From the NCBI RefSeq assembly GCF_965641715.1, contig NZ_OZ282453.1: a stretch of 64,000 nucleotides of DNA; one strand, written 5' to 3'. The notes under the pieces were generated by a model, which was not told where the DNA came from, made no database searches, and saw only the letters and a list, made by a program, of their open reading frames with translations. This document shows, one piece after another, positions 11,055-18,735 of the stretch. The stretch is from Escherichia coli. GTDB lineage: Bacteria > Pseudomonadota > Gammaproteobacteria > Enterobacterales > Enterobacteriaceae. A program made the translations under genes and the position numbers. Numbering within the stretch: the first letter of the stretch is position 1; every line of letters begins with the position of its first letter.

Positions 11055-11239
11055 TGTGTACATCCTTTTGGCATCAGACGTAAACGAGCCAGCATTGAAA
11101 CAATGCATATTTTATTTAATAGCTCCCGTTCTTGTTTTCTCTTGTTAATGGCATCTTCAGTAAATACAGGGTTACTGATAGTGACACCAATTTCAAAACA
11201 ACCTTCAGACGTATTAACGTTTGGTAATAACGTTTTCAT
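11051..11239 (-). CDS. dicB: Cell division inhibitor DicB
   Basis: 62-aa MKTLLPNVNTSEGCFEIGVTISNPVFTEDAINKRKQERELLNKICIVSMLARLRLMPKGCTQ inside ORF 11051..11344; near-identical to remembered DicB. Confidence 0.85.
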   Translation of the reverse strand: MKTLLPNVNTSEGCFEIGVTISNPVFTEDAINKRKQERELLNKICIVSMLARLRLMPKGCTQ

Positions 11240-11414
11240 TATCGCGTCCTCAACAATGAATTTTGTGATGCAGTGCCTGGTGCCTCCAGGTGACGTTAAC
11301 CAGTTAACAATTAACGCCGGATACAGAGAATCCACCCATAACACTGTTTTTGGTTTTAACTGTTCCGCGTGCGCTTAGCCGCATTCACCGCATCACAAAA
11401 TTCACTTTAAAAAC

Positions 11415-11466
11415 GGCGGCAGAGCAGTCACGGAGTAAAACTGATACCGCCAAACGTCACCAGAAA
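11415..11466 (-). ncRNA. dicF: DicF small RNA (ftsZ-targeting sRNA)
   Basis: Minus-strand sequence tttctggtgacgtttggcggtatcagttttactccgtgactgctctgccgcc matches remembered DicF; lies directly upstream of dicB in the same operon orientation. Confidence 0.75.
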
Positions 11467-11741
11467 ATTGATAACAGAGGGCGTTGCAGCGGGGTTGTCA
11501 CTTAAGCGTATGGTCAACCTGACAACTCGGTGTCCTCAACGGGGAAGGAATAACCCCGCCATACTTACCGCCGCGCCATTTCGCGGGTTGCCACAACCGG
11601 AAGCGCACGGTCGAATTAAATTTAACGACACCGTACAGTGAGACGAACTTCGCCGTGCGCTTTCGTGTTGTGTGCCTGCTTTTAACCACGTCAGGCGAGG
11701 TGGTATCCTTCTTATCCAGAATAACCAAGAAGGAAATCTAT

Positions 11742-11942
11742 ATGACTAAAGAAGAATTTGTCTCTTATATTTTTGATAAAACGGTTGAAATGTATGCCGC
11801 TACTTACGGGTCCTGTAATCCTCTGAATAAACCAGAGGGGAAAGATGATTTCGACAAAATTTACCGCTTCTTGGAGGACCGCTATATCAAAAGGTTAGAG
11901 GACGCAGGGATCAAATCCCCAGTGAAGTCACCATTGTCCTGA
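11742..11942 (+). CDS. Hypothetical small protein (66 aa)
   Basis: ATG 11742 preceded by AGAAGGA; MTKEEFVSYIFDKTVEMYAATYGSC...; convergent with dicB operon; no recognised family. Confidence 0.35.
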   Translation: MTKEEFVSYIFDKTVEMYAATYGSCNPLNKPEGKDDFDKIYRFLEDRYIKRLEDAGIKSPVKSPLS

Positions 11943-12288
11943 GAACTTGCAGGACGTCATGATCGTAACTTCCATCCAAACCGCGACGGCAAATTGCTTC
12001 TCGTATTACCGGAAGCAGTTCGCTGGAAATCTCGGTGCATATTTCACCTGATAATACGCCTGGCTCAAGTGAGAATATTGGTGAACTTACGGTCTTGGTC
12101 TCGACAGTTTCAGAGTCAGTGCCAACATTATAAAGCTCAACGAAAGCGGTCTTGATTTTCCGGGCCAGATCTTTTGCTGGCTCGCTTGCAATATCTTTCC
12201 CGATTTCTCGCAGCACAGAATGCAATGTATGAGCTGCTGTTTTCTGTACATCAGACGGTAAATCTTTAAATTCCATCGTCAGCCTCAT
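11911..12288 (-). CDS. Hypothetical protein, YdfB/YdfC-position
   Basis: 125-aa ORF in the dicA-ydfA-...-dicF-dicB operon orientation; start ATG overlaps ydfA stop. Confidence 0.5.
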   Translation of the reverse strand: MRLTMEFKDLPSDVQKTAAHTLHSVLREIGKDIASEPAKDLARKIKTAFVELYNVGTDSETVETKTVSSPIFSLEPGVLSGEICTEISSELLPVIREAICRRGLDGSYDHDVLQVLRTMVTSLGI

Positions 12289-12440
12289 CAGTCAGTGTTT
12301 CTGGCTAACCAGCAACGCGCGCCAGATTCGGTTTTAAACGTTTTGCTTTTGGTATATGTCATCGCGGTGAACGTACCGTCCTGGTTGGGGAACACGCCAC
12401 ATACCAGAGATTCGCTGTTGCCAAGATCGATAGTATCCAT
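12288..12440 (-). CDS. ydfA: YdfA-like small protein
   Basis: MDTIDLGNSESLVCGVFPNQDGTFTAMTYTKSKTFKTESGARCWLARNTD within ORF 12288..12596; resembles remembered YdfA. Confidence 0.6.
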   Translation of the reverse strand: MDTIDLGNSESLVCGVFPNQDGTFTAMTYTKSKTFKTESGARCWLARNTD

Positions 12441-12632
12441 GCTGACCTCATTTCCCCTTAACGCCGGGGTAGCGGAACTGTTTGCTGAGAACACCGTGCG
12501 GTGTCTTGATGGAAGTAATTTAGTTTTCTCATTATTTTTCGTCAAGGTTTTTTTATGAGAAAACTCAAGTATTGGCGCAAGATAAAGCCAATACATTGAA
12601 ATGTAAGGCTTTAAAATTTTGTGAAGGGATGA

Positions 12633-13040
12633 TTATTGATGCTTGTTGCGTTTGCGAGCCTCTAATAGCTCGGTGAACAGGCGATTAAAATTCTCAACGC
12701 GGGCGCGGAGTTCGCTGAGTTGTGCTTGTTGCTCTGATTTAGGAAGTGCGCGATACAAACGCAGCATCTCTAACTCATCTTCCGATAAGTCTAAGGCACT
12801 ATCGAGTGAAACAGGGGGAGCTGGTGTTTTGTCCTCGTCGCCAAACAGTATCCAGGTTGGTGAACATTGCAATACCTCGGCGAGGCGATGCAAATTTTGC
12901 CCGCGCGGGGCTGTATGGTCACTTTCCCATAATGAAATTGATGAGCCAGATACGCCAGCAGCTTTGCTTAAACCGTTTTGACTTAAGCCTACCTGCTTAC
13001 GTCTTTCTCTAATGCGTTGACCTAAAGTTTTCTCGTTCAT
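12633..13040 (-). CDS. dicA: DicA-like HTH (XRE family) repressor
   Basis: MNEKTLGQRIRERRKQVGLSQNGLSKAAGVSGSSISLWESDHTAPRGQNLHRLAEVLQCSPTWILFGDEDK...; strong resemblance to DicA. Confidence 0.85.
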   Translation of the reverse strand: MNEKTLGQRIRERRKQVGLSQNGLSKAAGVSGSSISLWESDHTAPRGQNLHRLAEVLQCSPTWILFGDEDKTPAPPVSLDSALDLSEDELEMLRLYRALPKSEQQAQLSELRARVENFNRLFTELLEARKRNKHQ

Positions 13041-13117
13041 ATTTAGATATCTTAATAACCCTTGACTTGAGATTCCTTGAGTGATTAGCATTGAGAAAAC
13101 TCAATATTGGAGGTGCG
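13041..13117. promoter_or_regulatory. Divergent promoter/operator region between dicA-like and dicC-like genes
   Basis: 77-bp intergenic region with TTGACT (13062..13067) and 16-bp palindrome attgagaaaactcaat (13090..13105) just upstream of the dicC-like RBS. Confidence 0.5.
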
Positions 13118-13345
13118 ATGTTTAAATCAGACGTAATTAATTTTTACGGTACGAAAGCCAAAGTAGCGAAAGCTGCTGGCGTTGACCCATCTGCTGTTTC
13201 TCAATGGCAAGAGCTGGTTCCTGAAGGTCGCGCGATGCGTCTACAGGAGGCATCTGGCGGCGAGCTTCTGTATGATCCCAAGGTTTATGACGAATATCGT
13301 AAGACGAAGCGGGCGGGGCGGTTGAACAATGAAAATCACTCCTGA
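13118..13345 (+). CDS. dicC: DicC/Cro-like small regulator
   Basis: MFKSDVINFYGTKAKVAKAAGVDPSAVSQWQ...LVPEGRAMRLQEASGGELLYDPKVYDEYRK; divergent from dicA; GGAGG RBS. Confidence 0.7.
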   Translation: MFKSDVINFYGTKAKVAKAAGVDPSAVSQWQELVPEGRAMRLQEASGGELLYDPKVYDEYRKTKRAGRLNNENHS

Positions 13346-13850
13346 ACAGGCTCGTGAGGCTCTGGATGCCTGGATATGTCGACCAGGAATGACACAGGAG
13401 CAGGCGACGATATTAATCACTGAAGCATTCTGGGCTTTGAAAGAGCGCCCGAACATCGATGTTCAGCGTGTCACAGATGAAGGTGGCGCGGTTGATCAGC
13501 GAGCGCTTGGCGTTAATCGAGTGAAGATATTCGAACGCTGGAAGGCTATCGACACTAGGGATAAGCGTGAAAAGTTCACGGCGCTAGTGCCTGCAATTAT
13601 GGAGGCTATCCGGATTAATGATTTCAGGTTGTATCGTGAAATTAGTGACGGAAAAAGCATCACGTACATGATCGCCGGGTTAAACAAAGAATATGGCGAT
13701 GTGGTGGAGTCCGGACTGCTTTTTGCTGATCCTGCCGTAGTGGATCGTGAAACTGACGAACTTATAGAAAAAGCAATTGCTTTCAAACTTGCGTATCGAC
13801 AGCAATACCAACAAAAAGCTGGATGGAATTATGAGCCTTCTTTTTGCTGA
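13329..13850 (+). CDS. Hypothetical early-region protein (possibly YdaT/CII-like)
   Basis: 173-aa ORF downstream of cro-like gene; family not recognised with confidence. Confidence 0.45.
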   Translation: MKITPEQAREALDAWICRPGMTQEQATILITEAFWALKERPNIDVQRVTDEGGAVDQRALGVNRVKIFERWKAIDTRDKREKFTALVPAIMEAIRINDFRLYREISDGKSITYMIAGLNKEYGDVVESGLLFADPAVVDRETDELIEKAIAFKLAYRQQYQQKAGWNYEPSFC

Positions 13851-14796
13851 ACGCCCACTGGTTATAAACACACAGCTTGCGATGAAGATTGGCTTAAATG
13901 AAGCCATTGTGTTGCAGCAGTTGCATTACTGGTTGAGAGATACCAATTCCGGCATGGAATGTGATGGTGTTCGCTGGATTTACAACACAACGGAACAATG
14001 GCTGGAACAGTTCCCATTCTGGTCAGAGTCAACGTTAAAGCGCGCGTTTGCAAGTCTGAAAACGCTGGGGCTTTTGCGTTGTGAAAAGCTCAATAAATCA
14101 AAGCGCGATATGACCAATTTCTACACGATCAACTACGGGAGCGAGCTTTTAGATGGTGGCAAATTGAGCGAATCCATCGGTTTAAAATGCGCCGCTCCAT
14201 CAGGTCAAAATGACACGATGGAAGAGGTCAAAATGAAACGCTCCATTGGTTCAAAACGACCCAATGTCATCGGGTCAAAATGGCCTGATGATCTTACAGA
14301 GAATACAACAGAGATTACTACAGAGAATAAAAACACTTTTCGTCCGGAAGCTTCGCAACCGGACCCGCAGACCGCTGAACAGGATTTTTTAACCCGGAAC
14401 CCCGACGCGGTTGTGTTTAGTGCGAAAAAACGCCAGTGGGGTAGCAGGGAGGATTTGGCGTGTGCGCAGTGGATTTGGGGGCGGATCGTGAACCTTTACG
14501 AACAGGCTGCCAGCGACGATGGAGAGATCATGCGACCAAAAGAGCCTAACTGGACAGCCTGGGCCAATGACGTGCGCACAATGCGGATGCTGGATGGCAG
14601 AAGCCACAGACAAATTTGCGAAATGTTTGGTCGGGTACAGCGAGATCAATTCTGGGTAAAAAACATCATGAGCCCGTCAAAACTCCGCGAAAAATGGGAC
14701 GAACTGGTCATCCGCCTGGGACGTTCACCTGTACAGCGTTGTATGAATCATATTTCTGAACCGGATACAGAAATTCCGCCTGGTTTCAGAGGATAA
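13831..14796 (+). CDS. Phage replication protein with DnaT-like C-terminal domain
   Basis: ORF 13777..14796; start at ATG 13831 (MSLLFAERP); C-terminus ...NHISEPDTEIPPGFRG resembles the DnaT C-terminus (...VSEPDSQIPPGFRG); gene contains iterons. Confidence 0.65.
   Translation: MSLLFAERPLVINTQLAMKIGLNEAIVLQQLHYWLRDTNSGMECDGVRWIYNTTEQWLEQFPFWSESTLKRAFASLKTLGLLRCEKLNKSKRDMTNFYTINYGSELLDGGKLSESIGLKCAAPSGQNDTMEEVKMKRSIGSKRPNVIGSKWPDDLTENTTEITTENKNTFRPEASQPDPQTAEQDFLTRNPDAVVFSAKKRQWGSREDLACAQWIWGRIVNLYEQAASDDGEIMRPKEPNWTAWANDVRTMRMLDGRSHRQICEMFGRVQRDQFWVKNIMSPSKLREKWDELVIRLGRSPVQRCMNHISEPDTEIPPGFRG
14180..14340. repeat. Putative replication origin: iterons plus AT-rich tract inside the replication gene
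   Basis: ggtcaaaatg at 14203, 14226, 14273 and degenerate copies (ggtttaaaatg 14180, ggttcaaaacg 14248) at ~22-23 bp spacing, followed by AT-rich 14285..14340. Confidence 0.55.
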
Positions 14797-14836
14797 GTTT
14801 TGATTTCAGGTCATGAGGTAATTTTAAGGGGGACTT

Positions 14837-15238
14837 GTGGCAAAAGTTTTTACACAAGAAGAGCGGGAAAAAATTAAAGGGCAGGTGGTGGAACTCGTGC
14901 GCCAGAGCGGTCGTGAGACGTTACGGCAACTGGAAGCTAAAACAGGTGCGACTAGATATCTGATGAGCGTTCTTGCCAGAGAGCTGGTAGCCAGTGGCGA
15001 TGTATACAACTCCGGCTACGGGTTATTCCCGTCTGAACAGGCGCGTAAGGACTGGCAAAACGCCCGCAAAAAACTATCGAGGGCAAAGGTGAAGAAAACA
15101 GCTGTGGTTGATCCGGACCTTATCTGGTCGTTACCTGATGGAGAAATACGTCGCTACGACAGTCGCCTAAACATAATCTGTCGCGAGTGCCGGATGAGTG
15201 AAGTTATGCAGCGCATACTGGCATTTTATCAGGGATAA
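14837..15238 (+). CDS. Hypothetical protein (133 aa), replication-module position
   Basis: ORF with no Walker motif; not a DnaC-type loader. Confidence 0.45.
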   Translation: MAKVFTQEEREKIKGQVVELVRQSGRETLRQLEAKTGATRYLMSVLARELVASGDVYNSGYGLFPSEQARKDWQNARKKLSRAKVKKTAVVDPDLIWSLPDGEIRRYDSRLNIICRECRMSEVMQRILAFYQG

Positions 15239-15614
15239 TGTTAGGTATTTTAGACGTTACTAGATTAAAAAGCATTAGTTCAGGAGTGAATTGACATTCT
15301 CATTTTTCATGGCACAGGGTAGATCTGGCGTGGTTGTCCGCTTTGTGCCAAGAGCGGACGTTGGTATGCAAGAGCCCTCCAAAAGTTGATGGTTGGTTTG
15401 CAGGGGGGCTTAAAGAAACTGCACTTATCAAGTTGAAGTTCTGTATTCAGCGAAATCGTAGCACTCTGACGATAAGTAACTCCGGTACTCCGCTCTTCGA
15501 TGAAGAACCAGAGTAATCCCCCCGAAAAACCAGCGCATCAAAATTGGATCTTCAGCGGTAGCTTATCGGCTATCGGAAGTACAGGTGTGGATTCGTGGTG
15601 AATTGCTTTGATAA

Positions 15615-15650
15615 TAAACGATTAATACGGAAAAACGTATTAATCATTTA
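15615..15650 (-). terminator. Inverted repeat / putative terminator 3' of the 449-aa gene
   Basis: taaacgattaatacg-gaaaaa-cgtattaatcattta; 15-nt arms with one mismatch, ~23 nt past the stop of the minus-strand gene. Confidence 0.4.
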
Positions 15651-15672
15651 TTAGCTTTTAGTAAACCACAAT

Positions 15673-17022
15673 TTATTCCGTTTTACATATCATAGTAGTC
15701 GATTGGAGAATATAGTTTCTGGGAATGTACTCTTCAAAGTGTTCGTCCTTTTTAAATACATGAACTACATTTGGGAATAATTGATAGTCAACAGGGTGTA
15801 TAGCGTTTGGATTATGGTACATGTACATGGCTGTACACCATGGTTCTTGATAGTTAGGGTCACTTACATCGGCTGAAAATGGATGTGGGGCTGCATCCTG
15901 ATCAGTTTTAACACCACTGACGTACACTTTGAATCCACTCGCCTCTACACCTGCAAGAATTCCCATCCGGTTAAACTTAGGTATGGTTGCTTGAGTAGTG
16001 AGTAAAACGGCAGAAACATAATTATTTTGTTCTGAGCCAAAAAAGTTCGACTTGATACTTCTATTTTCATCTGTATGTCTTTCAATAGAAATGCCTGACT
16101 CAATATCAATCCCGTACAAATAGCTATGCAAGGCTTCGCTTGAGAAGGCCATGGACATTCTTTTTGAATAATCCTGCATTGCTATGACAAATGGTTTGTT
16201 CTTTGTATGGTTGAGTTCCCAGTAATGAACTTTCTCTGGCTCAGGGCAATGCCGGACTTTTTTTAATAAACTTCTTGCAAACTTAAAAGGCATGACATTT
16301 AGAACATGTTTTCTTAATTCATCCATCTGTTCATCGTTAATGACTTTTCTTTCAAGAGGGGCTTCTGCTTCAGCAATGCTTACAGCCTCTACAGCAATTT
16401 CCACTCCAAATTTAGATAGCAGAAAATCTGGTTGATTGTATTCTCTATTCATTTCAAAGTCGAGTTCATAAAATACAGCGTTCAAATATAATTCAAATAA
16501 CCTTGAATTAAATGCATCACTTTGAAAATCCCTTATAAATATTCCATCAGGATCTTTGAACCAGTATGCAAGTTCCTCAAGAACAATATATGCAGGGAAA
16601 TGAGGAGGGTCTTCGAGGAGCATTTTTATATAAACATTCCTTTTTTTCTCTGGGACTTTACTCAAGAATAATGAAAAAGGTTTGGTTGATTCATCGCCTT
16701 GCATGAATGTACCATTTTGGTGCTGCGCCAGCATCTTTGGTATGTCATCGTTCAAATTATTAAGCAAGACATCCATTGAATCAAATGAAGCCAAGACGTT
16801 TATTGCTCTGAATTTTTTATCTAAATCCCGACCTAAGACTATTGCGTTAAAATCTTTATCAATATTGCATATGATTATTGTGGATAACAATGTTATCCCA
16901 TTCCCCTCATATTTAAACCAGCGTATCTCCTCAGAAAATGTCTTAAGGTAAGGTGAGCGACCGTAAAAATAAATATCAAATTGTTCTTTGCTGATCTCAC
17001 TGAAGTGTAATCCTGCGTTCAT
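15673..17022 (-). CDS. Orphan 449-aa protein of unknown function (candidate accessory/defence gene)
   Basis: Single long ORF on the opposite strand to flanking phage genes, AAAGGA RBS, visibly AT-rich, flanked by ~430 and ~440 bp of non-coding DNA; no Walker A, no family recognised. Confidence 0.75.
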   Translation of the reverse strand: MNAGLHFSEISKEQFDIYFYGRSPYLKTFSEEIRWFKYEGNGITLLSTIIICNIDKDFNAIVLGRDLDKKFRAINVLASFDSMDVLLNNLNDDIPKMLAQHQNGTFMQGDESTKPFSLFLSKVPEKKRNVYIKMLLEDPPHFPAYIVLEELAYWFKDPDGIFIRDFQSDAFNSRLFELYLNAVFYELDFEMNREYNQPDFLLSKFGVEIAVEAVSIAEAEAPLERKVINDEQMDELRKHVLNVMPFKFARSLLKKVRHCPEPEKVHYWELNHTKNKPFVIAMQDYSKRMSMAFSSEALHSYLYGIDIESGISIERHTDENRSIKSNFFGSEQNNYVSAVLLTTQATIPKFNRMGILAGVEASGFKVYVSGVKTDQDAAPHPFSADVSDPNYQEPWCTAMYMYHNPNAIHPVDYQLFPNVVHVFKKDEHFEEYIPRNYILQSTTMICKTE

Positions 17023-17464
17023 ACCAATTCCTTTTCAATGAATAATTGGCCTTTAGGAGTGATTCCCTTTGTCTTTAATTCAGTTCTAACTAGTTCTTTA
17101 ATCCAATAGCCTAAGCTCATCATGCAGTTGGATCATAAGACAACGCCCTATAGTGCTCGTGATACTATAGGGCATCTGACCACACTGTTAACTGGAGTAA
17201 CGACTATGGCAGGAATACAGCATAACCAAACTCACCCCAAACTTACATAGCGCTTTCTGGCCGTGAGCATAACAAGGTCCACTCCTCGCTCAAAGCGGAC
17301 TAGAAGGTTAGCTTGTGTCGGACTTTGCGTATTAAATGACTAGTGGTTGAGCCCCATTTCCACAGAAAAAATCAGAGAAACTATACCCAATAGTTGTATT
17401 GAATCACTGACGAGACAGCCTCATATTCATCAGGACTGGTGTACGTCCAATACAGGAGGTTGTG

Positions 17465-17554
17465 GTGCTGGTTCTCAAATGTGCGCTGGCTATTACGGCT
17501 GTAATGGCGATTTATTGTCTTGCTATTGTTCTTATGGATCGCCTTTCTGACTGA
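17465..17554 (+). CDS. Candidate small hydrophobic peptide (29 aa), type-I-toxin-like
   Basis: AGGAGG (17454..17459) then GTG 17465; MLVLKCALAITAVMAIYCLAIVLMDRLSD = one predicted TM helix plus charged tail. Confidence 0.3.
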   Translation: MLVLKCALAITAVMAIYCLAIVLMDRLSD

Positions 17555-17765
17555 TTTCACATTGGCGAGGTAACGGTAGTTAAGTAGAATGGCTGCGGGT
17601 GCTTGAGGCTATCTGCCTCGGGCATGAACACCAACGGCAGATAGAGAAAAGCCCCAGTTAACATTACGCGTCCTGCAAGACGCTTAACATTAATCTGAGG
17701 CCAATTTCATGCTAGACACATGTAGGTTAGCCTCTTACGTGCCGAAAGGCAAGGAGAAGCAGGCT

Positions 17766-17921
17766 ATGAAGCAGCAAAAGGCGATGTTAATCGCCCTGAT
17801 CGTCATCTGTTTAACCGTCATAGTGACGGCACTGGTAACGAGGAAAGACCTCTGCGAGGTACGAATCCGAACCGGGCAGACGGAGGTCGCTGTCTTCACA
17901 GCTTACGAACCTGAGGAGTAA
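17766..17921 (+). CDS. hokD: Hok-family type I toxin (HokD/RelF-like)
   Basis: MKQQKAMLIALIVICLTVIVTALVTRKDLCEVRIRTGQTEVAVFTAYEPEE; AAGGAG RBS; ORF track shows in-frame upstream extension from 17709 (mok-like). Confidence 0.9.
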   Translation: MKQQKAMLIALIVICLTVIVTALVTRKDLCEVRIRTGQTEVAVFTAYEPEE

Positions 17922-17990
17922 GAGACCCGGCGAGGGAGAAATCCCTCGCCACCTCTGATGTGGCAGGCATCCTCAACGCACCCGCACTTA

Positions 17991-18016
17991 ACCCGCTTCG
18001 GCGGGTTTTTGTTTTT
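17991..18016 (+). terminator. Rho-independent terminator after hokD
   Basis: acccgc-ttcg-gcgggt hairpin followed by tttttgttttt. Confidence 0.7.
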
Positions 18017-18137
18017 ATTTTCAACGCGTTTGAAGTTCTGGACGGTGCCGGAATAGAATCAAAAATACTTAAGTAGCGCGCAGGGATAAGAGGGATGGTC
18101 CCTTAAAGGGGAGAGCTAATTATCCGGAAGGATTCTG

Positions 18138-18389
18138 ATGATGAACATCGAAGAACTGCGTAAAATTTTTTGTGAAGATGGCCTCTATGCGGTGTGCGTT
18201 GAAAATGGAAATCTTGTTAGTCATTACCGCATTATGTGTTTGCGAAAGAATGGGGCTGCGTTAATTAATTTTGTGGATGGTCGAGTGACAGACGGATTTA
18301 TCTTGCGCGAAGGTGAGTTTGTCACTTCATTACAGGCACTGAAAGAGATCGGAATAAAAGCAGGCTTTTCAGCTTTTGCAGAAGAATAA
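18138..18389 (+). CDS. Hypothetical 83-aa protein (Rem-position)
   Basis: 83-aa ORF directly after hokD, same size and position as Qin rem in K-12 (identity from synteny only). Confidence 0.5.
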   Translation: MMNIEELRKIFCEDGLYAVCVENGNLVSHYRIMCLRKNGAALINFVDGRVTDGFILREGEFVTSLQALKEIGIKAGFSAFAEE

Positions 18390-18455
18390 ACTCATCTACA
18401 ATCTTGCGCGGGGCTGAACTCCCGCTGAGTAACACCGTGCCACCGGAGAAAACCG

Positions 18456-18734
18456 ATGGCACGCAACGTAAAATATTACAATTCTGATAATTCGCCCGTT
18501 CTTGCCTGCACGCACGAGCGGTATTCTCACGCATTCAAGTCTGAATGGTTCCAACACCCTCCATGCACTGAAGAGCAGGCTGAATGGATAATTCAGTGTT
18601 ACTGCAGGCGCGGATACGAGGTTAAGAAAGCCCTTAGTCTCGACTACCGTCACTGGATAATCTCAGTCAGATTGCCTTACTCCGAACGCCCACCACGTGC
18701 GTCCCGCACTTTCCAGCAACGGATCTGGAGGTAA
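18456..18734 (+). CDS. Hypothetical protein (92 aa)
   Basis: ORF with stop overlapping RBS of the DUF968 gene. Confidence 0.45.
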   Translation: MARNVKYYNSDNSPVLACTHERYSHAFKSEWFQHPPCTEEQAEWIIQCYCRRGYEVKKALSLDYRHWIISVRLPYSERPPRASRTFQQRIWR

Positions 18735-18735
18735 C

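Noticed and set aside
17100-17350. Structured-looking non-coding region upstream of the 449-aa gene, considered as retron msr/msd or group II intron fragment
   Set aside because: No reverse transcriptase ORF nearby and no recognisable conserved motifs; treated as the promoter/5' UTR of the orphan gene.
17347-17550. 67-aa Gly/Cys-rich ORF (…GGCGAGSQMCAGYYGCNGDLLSCYCSYGSPF) that looked microcin-like
   Set aside because: No RBS or plausible start near the Cys/Gly-rich part; the overlapping alternative frame has a strong SD and encodes a typical hydrophobic peptide, so that frame was preferred (reported separately, low confidence).
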